From the NCBI GenBank assembly GCA_964560765.1, contig CAZLMG010000012.1:12071-76070 (forward strand): DNA of 64,000 nt, read 5' to 3'. Each line of letters starts with the position of its first letter. The first letter of the stretch is position 1. This document shows positions 54,332 to 63,143 of the stretch, one piece after another. The notes beneath the pieces are model-generated. The model had not been told where the DNA came from. It saw nothing but the letters and a program-made list of their open reading frames with translations, and did no database searches. Position numbers and translations under genes: made by a program. This stretch comes from an uncultured Oligoflexales bacterium. Lineage in GTDB: Bacteria > Bdellovibrionota_B > Oligoflexia > Oligoflexales > CAZLMG01.

Positions 54332-56348
54332 GGCACTATTTCCGCGGACAGAATTGCTGGGTCCGTCGCCAAAAAACGTCTATTTTCTTTTCGCCTCGTA
54401 TGCCATGAGATGGTACCTTACACCCAAGGTATGCTCAATCCGTTTTAGTGCTATGAACAGGGCAAGCGTCGTGATCACCAGTCTTCGACAATCGGTTGTC
54501 AGAGTACTGCATCCTCGGGATCTTCTGCCACACCATGCGCGCTGGTACCTCAAGCCTGCTTGGTGGGCGGCGTCCTGCCGGCGCTTTGTGCGTTTTGATA
54601 TTTCCACGTCACTTCAGCTGGCTGCACATACCATGGTTGGTGCCGTGAAATACGCCCTCAGCCCAACCATGAACTTGCCTCCAAAATCTGTCTCCATGGA
54701 CAACTGGGAACGAGTCAAGCCTGCTTGTCGCCTGCCGGACTTGCGAATCGCCGTCATCATGGATGAGTTTTCGGAGAAATGCTTTGGCTCCGAGGCTTGG
54801 ATTAGGCAAATACCGCGCGATAACTGGGAGGCGTTTTTTGCGGATTTTAAGCCGCATTTCGTGCTCGTCGAGTCGGCGTGGAAAGGCAAAAATGGCGAAT
54901 GGGAGTCTATCATCGCCAAACCGCGATTCTTTGGCTCGACACCGATCTATGAACTTATGGACTTCTGCCGAAAGCTGGGGGTGCGCACCGCGTTTTGGAA
55001 CAAGGAAGACCCCATTCACTTCGAAGCGTTCTTACCGGTAGCCAAATTGGCCGATGTCGTGTTTACCACGGACCACAATATTGTCGAAGACTACAAACGA
55101 CACTTGCGTCACGAACGCGTGTACGCTCTGCCTTTTGCGGCCGCTCCGTACATTCATAATCCGATACGAATGGGCAACGCTCCCGTGTATGACGTCTGCT
55201 TTGCCGGTACGTGGTACGGTCAGTTTCGCGAACGCTGCCGCATGATGCGCACAATGCTTGAACCGCTGGTACCTATTGGGCTGCATATTTTTGACCGTTT
55301 TTATAGAGCGAAGGGCTGGAAAGCCATTCTTATGCGTCGCTATCCGGCAACACTGGCACCTGCGATTCAAGGGTCGCTAAAGTACGCGCAGATGTTGCAA
55401 GCCTATCGCAGCTACAAAGTTTTCATCAACGTCAACACGGTTAATAACTCTGACACCATGTTTTCGCGCCGCGTGCTCGAAGCCTTAGCCTGCCGCACTC
55501 CCGTCGTCTCTAACTTCACCGCTGGTCTCGAAGCCGCCATGCCCGATGGTGTCTTCATGCCCCATGACCTCAAAAAAACCTGCAAGCTGGTGCAAGATTT
55601 GCTGCAAGATGATCAGAGGCGTCTGCGGGCGGCGCATCGCGGCTATCGCCATGTCATGCAGCACCATTCATGCGGAAAAAGACTGGAATTTGCGGTTGAA
55701 ATGGTGCTGGGGGTCCATATTCCAAAGGCCGCCGAGTCCGTACTGATCATCGGCTTTGCCGACGATCAGCCATCGCTAGATAACCTATTACAAAGCTATT
55801 GCCAGCAAACCTACGAGCACAAGCAAATGGTTGTTGCATTATCCGATCTATCTATCCCTCGCTGCGTTGACCAAACTCGGTCTGACGTAGCTTTTATCGA
55901 TCGAGAGAACCTTGACGAATTTGCGGCGGTGTTGACAGCAGCCAAAACCAGCAACAGCCCATATATCGCCGTTATGTCTGGGCGATCTGCCTATTTGCCC
56001 AACTATCTCACGGATATGATGATACCGTTTTCCTATTCTACGGCGAATCTGGTCGGCAAAGGCACCGTATTCACCCTGGCAGAGGGGTCACTCGATGAAA
56101 ATAATGAACTCGGCGCAGAATTTGAATATGTGTCGTCTGTGCACTGGGAGACGGTCATTTGTAGACGCGCCGCGGTCGAAACTCTGCAGGTAACCCGACA
56201 AGGAAACAAGAAGTTAGCTACCATGCAGGTGGACAATCATAATCCCCAGACGTTATCAGCTGACAAATTTAACTTCATCTTGTGCCGATCGCACGATTGG
56301 CTCCATATCGCAGAACCGAATCGATTGAATGATATTATTGAGGCTTAA
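54330..56348 (+). CDS. CgeB-like glycosyltransferase fused to a degenerate GT2-like C-terminal domain (start uncertain)
   Basis: LRIAVIMDEFSEKCF, KPHFVLVESAWKG, FWNKEDP and DVCFAGTWY resemble the CgeB/DUF3880 plus Glyco_trans_1_2 architecture. The last ~200 aa are paralogous to the GT2 at 50259-51251. The true start is probably internal (for example ATG 54453). Confidence 0.65.
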   Translation: MALFPRTELLGPSPKNVYFLFASYAMRWYLTPKVCSIRFSAMNRASVVITSLRQSVVRVLHPRDLLPHHARWYLKPAWWAASCRRFVRFDISTSLQLAAHTMVGAVKYALSPTMNLPPKSVSMDNWERVKPACRLPDLRIAVIMDEFSEKCFGSEAWIRQIPRDNWEAFFADFKPHFVLVESAWKGKNGEWESIIAKPRFFGSTPIYELMDFCRKLGVRTAFWNKEDPIHFEAFLPVAKLADVVFTTDHNIVEDYKRHLRHERVYALPFAAAPYIHNPIRMGNAPVYDVCFAGTWYGQFRERCRMMRTMLEPLVPIGLHIFDRFYRAKGWKAILMRRYPATLAPAIQGSLKYAQMLQAYRSYKVFINVNTVNNSDTMFSRRVLEALACRTPVVSNFTAGLEAAMPDGVFMPHDLKKTCKLVQDLLQDDQRRLRAAHRGYRHVMQHHSCGKRLEFAVEMVLGVHIPKAAESVLIIGFADDQPSLDNLLQSYCQQTYEHKQMVVALSDLSIPRCVDQTRSDVAFIDRENLDEFAAVLTAAKTSNSPYIAVMSGRSAYLPNYLTDMMIPFSYSTANLVGKGTVFTLAEGSLDENNELGAEFEYVSSVHWETVICRRAAVETLQVTRQGNKKLATMQVDNHNPQTLSADKFNFILCRSHDWLHIAEPNRLNDIIEA

Positions 56349-56354
56349 ACAGAT

Positions 56355-57863
56355 TTACTGCTGTTGCAGCAGTCGATCATACGTCGTAGTCATCGTTCGC
56401 GCCGCATGCCCCCAAGTGGCATGTTCTTCCACCCATTTCCGAGCGTAACCCGCAATTTGGAGACGACGTTCGGCATCGCACAATACAATCCGCAGCTTGG
56501 CCGCCAAATCGGCAACATCGCCTTTGCGAAACAGTAACCCTAGCTCCCCATCGCGCAAAACGGATTTAAGAGGCGCGACATCGGAGGCAACCACAACCGC
56601 TTGCATGGCGAACGACTCAAATGGCTTGAGGGGCGACACCAGCTCAGCCACGCCACCGGGCTTTCTTGGGATGGGCGTAATATCCATCAGCGATAAGTAC
56701 GGCAACATATTCGCCTTCGGAACTGACCCAGTAAATCGCGTCTGCAGCCGGATACCGTGGGCATCGACCAAAGCCTCCAGTTCCTCCCGCTGCTTGCCAT
56801 CACCAACCACTAGGAAATTGAAATCGATGCCAAATCCGTTGACCATTGACAGTGCTTGGATCAGATCATCGAGCCCTTCGTAGCTCACGAGAGAACCCGC
56901 AAAACCAATCACGGGAGCGGCAGAGAGGCCCAGCGAAGCACGAAAATCTGGATCCGGCGGTAACCGGCGGTAGGCCTGGGTGTCTACCGCATTTCCCAAA
57001 ATACTAACTTTTTTTGCATCCATGCCCCAATTCAGCACGACCGCACGCATTTCGGGACATATTACAAAAACATGATCGGCATGACGGGCCGCCATGGCTT
57101 CGGCAGACTCGTGCAATCGATAAACCTCGCTGTGCAACAAGTGAGGTTGAAAAGTTGCTCTTGTTTCGTGCCAAAGCCCTCGCATTTCGTAAACAAACGG
57201 CAAGCCTAAGGCGCGCGCCGCCATCAAGCTAGGCAGAGCAGTCGTGAAGTCTGAGGACGCTTGAATGAGCCCACAATGGCTGCGAACAGCTGCCCGGGCT
57301 ATAACCTTTGCAGCCCGATGAAAGTAACGGACTTGCATCGTCTGACCCCAACTCGGGCCAGGCAAGAAGGAATAACGCACACCTGCATCATCAACGCCAG
57401 TTACCGGTTTTCCGGCAAGAAGAGGCTGACGCCCGGCGGGATATCCGGGTCGAGTAACTGCGGCACACTCCCACTCTGTGGCCTGCACAGCGCGCATAAG
57501 TCCTTGCGTACGTGAAGTATAGCCGTTGATATCGACCTGCGGGCACATGTGGAATACCGCAAGAAGTTTGCGCGGATTCGGTGACCGACGCCGCTTTGCA
57601 TTGGATAAAATGCGCGTCTCGCAATAGCGCAGAGCGAACTTTAGCTCTGTACTGACAAGAGAAGGGCCGGGATTCAGCAATCGACGCAAACGAAAAAATA
57701 CGCGGGTGATCAAGGATCCTGGCCGCATCCGCAAGCCCGACGCATCGAGAGTTCGGTTGATGAGCTGCACTGACCGCGCCTTCAACTGAAAAATCTTTTG
57801 GTGGACATTGTACATAAATACAGCAAGCATGAAATTGACACTGTGTCGCGACGAGTTCAGCAT
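56355..57863 (-). CDS. Family 4 (GT-B) glycosyltransferase (start uncertain)
   Basis: LLAVFHMCPQVDINGYTSRTQG at the start of the core, a C-terminal half with FAGSLVSYEGLDDLI and FLVVGDG, and an E-x7-E-like region. A start at 57863 leaves only 16 bp to the divergent gene, so an internal ATG (for example 57728) is plausible. Confidence 0.72.
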   Translation of the reverse strand: MLNSSRHSVNFMLAVFMYNVHQKIFQLKARSVQLINRTLDASGLRMRPGSLITRVFFRLRRLLNPGPSLVSTELKFALRYCETRILSNAKRRRSPNPRKLLAVFHMCPQVDINGYTSRTQGLMRAVQATEWECAAVTRPGYPAGRQPLLAGKPVTGVDDAGVRYSFLPGPSWGQTMQVRYFHRAAKVIARAAVRSHCGLIQASSDFTTALPSLMAARALGLPFVYEMRGLWHETRATFQPHLLHSEVYRLHESAEAMAARHADHVFVICPEMRAVVLNWGMDAKKVSILGNAVDTQAYRRLPPDPDFRASLGLSAAPVIGFAGSLVSYEGLDDLIQALSMVNGFGIDFNFLVVGDGKQREELEALVDAHGIRLQTRFTGSVPKANMLPYLSLMDITPIPRKPGGVAELVSPLKPFESFAMQAVVVASDVAPLKSVLRDGELGLLFRKGDVADLAAKLRIVLCDAERRLQIAGYARKWVEEHATWGHAARTMTTTYDRLLQQQ

Positions 57864-57879
57864 GCCTTGAGTTAAGCAA

Positions 57880-59169
57880 ATGCGACTTTATTTTGCATCT
57901 TGTTTTTTCCCTCCCACTCGCACGGCGCGCGCCATGCAAGTTGCGCGCTTAGCCCGTCACCTTGCGCTCAAGCCAATCGTTGTTTGTGCCGATGTCAACA
58001 TGGACAAAGACCGGGAGTTCGAACCTGATATCGATAACGCCTTGCGTGTTCATCGGATTCGGATGTCTGGGAACGAGCGGAAATTCTATCGCCACTGCGC
58101 TCGCATTCCCTTTCTGCACTCGATACCGGACGAGTGGATTGCCTGGGCAAGGCGGGCGACAAGATGGCTATTGCGGCAAGAGCGCATCAATCGGCAGGAC
58201 GTCCTCGTGACGTTTGCCATGCCTATGTCAAGCCATGCGTTAGGCCTCCGAATCAAGCTGAAAACGGGACTCGCGTGGATTGCGCATTACAGCGACCCCT
58301 GGCTAGAAAATCCCTATCACTCCTGGACGCTTCGCCAGAAACGGCATTTCCTGCAGATCGAATCCCAGATGATCAAACATGCCGACCACTTGCTTTTTAC
58401 CAATGAGGAAACCCTGGTCGCGGTGATGGCTAAGTACCCTCCAGATCTTCGCGCCAAAGCCAGCGTCATGCATCATTATTTTGACCCCAAGGCATACACC
58501 CGACCTTATGTACCGCCCAAGACCGAGCCGTACGTCATTCGCTTTATCGGTAAGCTCTATGGCATACGCAATGAAGTGCCGCTGGCAGCCGGGTTGCAGC
58601 AACTTAGAAGCAGATACCCTGAAATCGCACTGCGCGTGCGCTTCGAATTCGTTGGTGGAACATCTAGCCGGCACCATGATTCTGTCGCCCGCGACATGAT
58701 CGCGACTGGACTCATCAAAATGTGTCCGCCCGTATCCAATCCAGAGTCATTGCGACTCATGGGCGAATCGGCGGCCCTACTCTCCATCGATGGGCCGACG
58801 CAGGAAAACCTTTTCCTGCCCTCGAAACTCGTCGACTACTTGGGGGCAAAACGTCCAGTTCTCTGCGTCAGCGGCCAGGGCCCCTCCGCCAAGCTGGTGA
58901 GCCAATTGGGCGGATTTGTCGCCTCACCTATGCAACCGGATTCGATTGCGCAGGAGATTGTTCGTTTGGTCCAATGGCTTGATAAGCATGACGACCGCCC
59001 CTGGCTGCAAGATAGCCAGATCGCACCCTATTCGGTGATCACGTTGGCCGAGAGCTTTCACAAACTAGTCAAGTCCGTAGCAGATCAAAATCGGGCTCGC
59101 TTTGCCGCAATACGTGCGTGCGAAGCCCCAGGTAATCTGCATAGTGCGGCCCTAGAACCTCCGTACTAA
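57880..59169 (+). CDS. GT-B fold glycosyltransferase (family 4-like)
   Basis: MRLYFASCFFPPTRTARAMQVARLARHL, HADHLLFTNEET, IRFIGKLYG and LPSKLVDYLGAKRPVL. Confidence 0.62.
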   Translation: MRLYFASCFFPPTRTARAMQVARLARHLALKPIVVCADVNMDKDREFEPDIDNALRVHRIRMSGNERKFYRHCARIPFLHSIPDEWIAWARRATRWLLRQERINRQDVLVTFAMPMSSHALGLRIKLKTGLAWIAHYSDPWLENPYHSWTLRQKRHFLQIESQMIKHADHLLFTNEETLVAVMAKYPPDLRAKASVMHHYFDPKAYTRPYVPPKTEPYVIRFIGKLYGIRNEVPLAAGLQQLRSRYPEIALRVRFEFVGGTSSRHHDSVARDMIATGLIKMCPPVSNPESLRLMGESAALLSIDGPTQENLFLPSKLVDYLGAKRPVLCVSGQGPSAKLVSQLGGFVASPMQPDSIAQEIVRLVQWLDKHDDRPWLQDSQIAPYSVITLAESFHKLVKSVADQNRARFAAIRACEAPGNLHSAALEPPY

Positions 59170-60217
59170 ACCTTTGCACGGCCAATCGGCAAGCCTCCGC
59201 ATCTGCATGCCAAGAATGCCGGTTGATGGCGTGAATCATTGCCGCCAGTTCGATGGGCGAGCCTTGAATAAAGCGTTCAGGGTAGAGGTCGGAACTTCCC
59301 GCCCAGTTCAGCAACGCCGGTACAGCGCCAGATGCCATGCCTTCGGCGACCGCTTGATGACTTCCTTCATAATCACTCGTCGACAAAACAAAACCAATGC
59401 GCTGCAGCCACTTCGGAACGTCGGAACACGGCCCGTCAAACGTCACAATCTGACAAAGCTCTGGAGTCTGCAGCTGGCGCCAAAAATCTGCGTAGAGAGC
59501 TAACTCTTGGGGTCGGTCCCGCATCCAGGGGATAGATCGCGGATCCTGCCCAATGAAGCTCAAATGGTAACGCGCATCGAATTTCTGGAGTTCGCGCAAT
59601 ACCTCCAGAGCGCGATCAGGACGCTTCATCCAGGGCACCATTCCAATCATCCCGATTCGAAAACTCGCATCCAGAGTCTTAGGCCGATCAAACGCTTTGG
59701 TATCGAACGTGTTGTAGAGCAGGTGCATCTTATGCGCGTACTCGGGAAATCGCTCTTTCAGGATTCTAAGATTGCGGGGAGCAATGACGATCAAGCCGGC
59801 GACTCGTTCCCAATTCAGTTGCGTCAAGTACGGCAGATTCATCTCCTGCGAATGCAGCCGGATAAATAGGCGCTGATTTACGCCAACATTGTGCGAAAAC
59901 CAAACCGCGTTACTCAAGCACCATTCGCAAAAAACGACCTGGACAGTGCTCAGATGTTTCTGGGCTATGAGTTTATCGATGCGCCCCATTTGGTGGCCAG
60001 GCCACTCTTGCACTTTAAGATTCACGACACCGTTTGCCCGGAAATAGCTGATTAGCGGCTGAATGAAATTGAGCTTGTGACCAGCAATCAGCATGGCTTT
60101 GCGATCCGGAAGATCGTCTGACGGAGTACCTGTTGGCCCCCAAGACGCCAGCTTAGAAACCGTACCTCGGCGCTGTCGACCAAACCTTCGCCATCTAGCG
60201 ATCATCAAATTCATCAC
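59069..60217 (-). CDS. GT-B fold glycosyltransferase (group 1-like)
   Basis: The C-terminal half has VLSTSDYEGSHQAVAEGMASGAVPAL. Start is uncertain (ATG 60217 or 60094). Confidence 0.62.
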   Translation of the reverse strand: MMNLMIARWRRFGRQRRGTVSKLASWGPTGTPSDDLPDRKAMLIAGHKLNFIQPLISYFRANGVVNLKVQEWPGHQMGRIDKLIAQKHLSTVQVVFCEWCLSNAVWFSHNVGVNQRLFIRLHSQEMNLPYLTQLNWERVAGLIVIAPRNLRILKERFPEYAHKMHLLYNTFDTKAFDRPKTLDASFRIGMIGMVPWMKRPDRALEVLRELQKFDARYHLSFIGQDPRSIPWMRDRPQELALYADFWRQLQTPELCQIVTFDGPCSDVPKWLQRIGFVLSTSDYEGSHQAVAEGMASGAVPALLNWAGSSDLYPERFIQGSPIELAAMIHAINRHSWHADAEACRLAVQRFSTEVLGPHYADYLGLRTHVLRQSEPDFDLLRT

Positions 60218-60683
60218 CCAATAGGCGCTGGCTCAACTCTTTGCTGGGCAGCTGACAGTGAATTCTTGCCGAAATAAGCTGCCGCCGTCGAGCCACGAAG
60301 TCGTAAATAGGATTACGAAGGAATCGCGGGATGATGCGCAGCAATGTCATAAGCTTCCAAAAACCCTGTAAATTCCCGGCGATGCGCAGGGCGGCATCTG
60401 ACTTGGTATATAGATACTGACCGTCGAAAAGGCAAACAGAGTCGAGGCCCACGGACTCCTGCAGCCTTGTCCCCAACCAATCACGCACCCAAGCGGCTTG
60501 CAGCGGCGCAAAATAGAAATATCGGCGATCATCGCGGGCAAAAATAAACTGGACGCAAGCCTGACAAAATCCGCATTGGCCATCGTAGAGAACCAATGCG
60601 CCCCTACCGATTCTTGCAAGTACCTTAGCTCGCACGTCTCCGGCTGGTACGTCCACCCTTACTGCCCCTGCAGTTGGCGCCAC
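60195..60683 (-). CDS. DCC-family thiol-disulfide oxidoreductase (DUF393)
   Basis: VLYDGQCGFCQACVQFIFARD...YFAPLQ. Confidence 0.8.
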   Translation of the reverse strand: MAPTAGAVRVDVPAGDVRAKVLARIGRGALVLYDGQCGFCQACVQFIFARDDRRYFYFAPLQAAWVRDWLGTRLQESVGLDSVCLFDGQYLYTKSDAALRIAGNLQGFWKLMTLLRIIPRFLRNPIYDFVARRRQLISARIHCQLPSKELSQRLLGDEFDDR

Positions 60684-61417
60684 ATCTGACGGAAGGCCGT
60701 AAGCCCTCCCTGACGCAAGGTTTCGAGCGCATGGGTGCCGACGATCGCATAGTCGGCGATGGGTCGTAGAAAGCGCACATCATCGGCAGTACGAATGCCA
60801 AAACCAACGGCAACCGGCAAAGATGTGTGTTGCCGAATGCGTCCAACAAAAGCGGCGAGCTCTTGGCCCAACTCGGTCTTTTGTCCGGTCACGCCCGCTC
60901 GTGCCACCGCATATACAAAACCGCTCGCTCCGTGCAGCAAAGTCGGCAATCGCTCATTGTGCACATTGGGCGGCACCACAGGAATCACGGGCAGCGCAGG
61001 TATCTCGCCCCCCCACAAACCGGCGACAGCATCCATGGGCAAATCGGGAATGATCATGCCAGCGGCACCCGCAGCGGCAAAGTCCCGGCAAAAATCCTGG
61101 CAACCGTAAGTAAATGGCACGTTCAGATACGTCATCAAAACTTTGGGAATGGGAACATCGCGCACATCCTGTAGAAACTGCAGCGCATCCGCGACTCGCA
61201 CCCCCTGCGCTAGGGCCGCGTGATTTGCGGCCATAAAAACAGGACCATCGGCCATGGGTTCCGAGAACGGGATCTGGATTTCCACCAGACTCACGCCCTC
61301 CTCGGCCATTATTTTTACCAACTCACGGCTGGTATTCGGATCTGGATAATCGACGATCAAGTGCCCGATCAGACCGATCTGATCACCGTCGCGGCGCAGC
61401 AACAGAGGCTGACTCAT
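60659..61417 (-). CDS. trpA: Tryptophan synthase alpha chain
   Basis: VEIQIPFSEPMADGPVF, GMIIPDLP, GFVYAVARAGVTG and VAVGFGI. Confidence 0.9.
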   Translation of the reverse strand: MSQPLLLRRDGDQIGLIGHLIVDYPDPNTSRELVKIMAEEGVSLVEIQIPFSEPMADGPVFMAANHAALAQGVRVADALQFLQDVRDVPIPKVLMTYLNVPFTYGCQDFCRDFAAAGAAGMIIPDLPMDAVAGLWGGEIPALPVIPVVPPNVHNERLPTLLHGASGFVYAVARAGVTGQKTELGQELAAFVGRIRQHTSLPVAVGFGIRTADDVRFLRPIADYAIVGTHALETLRQGGLTAFRQMWRQLQGQ

Positions 61418-62703
61418 TTCGTCGCCCCCAATCGCTGCGCGCGCTTGGCTAAATAATACCCCCAGGTACGATCCTGGAAGGCTTCGGCAAAGGTGAAGAT
61501 ATCCTTGTCGCCGCGCCCCGAGAGGTTCACCAACAAAACATTCTCGGGGGAAAGCTCGGGCGCCTCGCGAATGGCCGCCGCCAAACCGTGCGCCGACTCA
61601 AGAGCGGCGATAATTCCCTCTTGTTGCATCAACAAAGAAACTGCAGCAATCACTTCCTCGTCCGTGGTCGCCTCGGCCCGCATCTGTCCTGTGTCATGCC
61701 AATGGGCCAAGATGGGCGAAACGCCTACATAATCGAGGCCCGCTGCCACGGAATGCGTATCCTGCATCTGTCCATCGCTATCCTGTAAAAAACGCGTCTT
61801 GTAGCCTTGAGCAATGCCCACATGCGCCGTGCCGCTGGCGAGGCGACTGGCATGCGCCGCGGTGTCGAGCCCATGCCCACCAGCTTCCACACCCACCAGT
61901 TCGACATCGTCGTTAAAGAATCCCTGAAACAGTCCGAGAGCGTTCGAGCCACCACCTACACACGCGTAAACGCGATCGGGCATACCACCAGTCAGTTCTT
62001 CGATTTGCTGCCGCGCTTCTCGACCGATCACGCTCGTGAGATAGGCCACCAAAGCCGGAAAGGGATGCGGTCCACAGGCGGTCCCCAAAACATAATGGGT
62101 GGTAGCAAAGTTCGCCGACCAATCCCGCAGCGCTTCATTTATGGCATCCTTCAGTGTTCGCGCACCACTTTCGACGGCGACGACTTTGGCGCCCAGACGC
62201 TCCATCCAGAACACATTGGGGCGCTGCCGATCAACGTCTTCCGCACCCATATAAATGCACGCTTCGAGGCCCATACGCGCAGCCATGGTCGCGGTCGCAA
62301 CCCCGTGCTGACCCGCGCCCGTCTCGGCAATGACGCGGCGTTTGCCGAGGCGTTTTGCCAAAAGGCCCTGGCCGATGACATTGCTAATTTTATGGGCCCC
62401 CGTTTGATTGAGGTCCTCGCGCTTGAGAAAAATCTGCGCACCACCCAGATGCTGCGATAAATTGGCGCAGGGCGTGATCGGTGTAGGCCGACCGCTGAAC
62501 AAGCAAAGTTCGCGATAATATTCAGCCCAAAAGCTAGGATCATTCACCAAGCTGGCAAAAGCTGCGGTTAACTCAGACAAGCTCGGATGCAATACCTCGG
62601 GAATGAATTGACCGCCATATTCGCCAAAAAAACCACGGGCGTCCGGTAAGAGCGGAGAGCTTGGCGGCCCTATATCAATGAGGGGGGTTAGCTTAAGGTC
62701 CAC
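61414..62703 (-). CDS. trpB: Tryptophan synthase beta chain
   Basis: GEYGGQFIPEVL, LKREDLNQTGAHKISN, GAGQHGVATA, GGGSNALG and NLSGRGDKD. Confidence 0.92.
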   Translation of the reverse strand: MDLKLTPLIDIGPPSSPLLPDARGFFGEYGGQFIPEVLHPSLSELTAAFASLVNDPSFWAEYYRELCLFSGRPTPITPCANLSQHLGGAQIFLKREDLNQTGAHKISNVIGQGLLAKRLGKRRVIAETGAGQHGVATATMAARMGLEACIYMGAEDVDRQRPNVFWMERLGAKVVAVESGARTLKDAINEALRDWSANFATTHYVLGTACGPHPFPALVAYLTSVIGREARQQIEELTGGMPDRVYACVGGGSNALGLFQGFFNDDVELVGVEAGGHGLDTAAHASRLASGTAHVGIAQGYKTRFLQDSDGQMQDTHSVAAGLDYVGVSPILAHWHDTGQMRAEATTDEEVIAAVSLLMQQEGIIAALESAHGLAAAIREAPELSPENVLLVNLSGRGDKDIFTFAEAFQDRTWGYYLAKRAQRLGATK

Positions 62704-63019
62704 CCAGCGCCTTTCTCTTGTCGTCCGGAAAACTTGAGTTAAAGGAATAGCTGCCGACCTTTCCCAAGTCCTGCCAGTAAAACTTCAATTCCTTGGTATT
62801 CGACACGCGAAATAGGCGATGCTTGTAATAACCGTAAGTCCAAGTCTCGCCCTCTTGCGAACGCCCTACGGCAAATGGCTCGCCAAGCAGAGAGCGCACA
62901 TCACTCTTTGACGTCTGACCCACCTTGATCCATGAGGTATCAGATGGAAAGTCAGCGCCTCGGGTTACGCAGCCCGTCGCCACGACAAGGGCACCAAGTA
63001 GAATCAGCTTTTTGAACAT
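62693..63019 (-). CDS. bamE: SmpA/OmlA (BamE-like) outer-membrane lipoprotein
   Basis: Lipobox LVVATGC. IKVGQTSKSDVRSLLGEPFAV is the typical BamE motif. Confidence 0.7.
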   Translation of the reverse strand: MFKKLILLGALVVATGCVTRGADFPSDTSWIKVGQTSKSDVRSLLGEPFAVGRSQEGETWTYGYYKHRLFRVSNTKELKFYWQDLGKVGSYSFNSSFPDDKRKALGGP

Positions 63020-63084
63020 GATGACAGTCTCCTCAACTGCAAAGATGGTTCCAAAGTTTTATCACGATTGACGTGGTGCACGCG

Positions 63085-63115
63085 AAAAAAAAAGGAGCTT
63101 CCTTACGGAAGCTCC
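63085..63115 (-). terminator. Rho-independent terminator of the upstream (63144-64000) gene
   Basis: On the minus strand: GGAGCTTCC-GTAA-GGAAGCTCC followed by nine T. Confidence 0.75.
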
Positions 63116-63143
63116 ACAGATCTGAGCTAGGAGGATAAATTTT

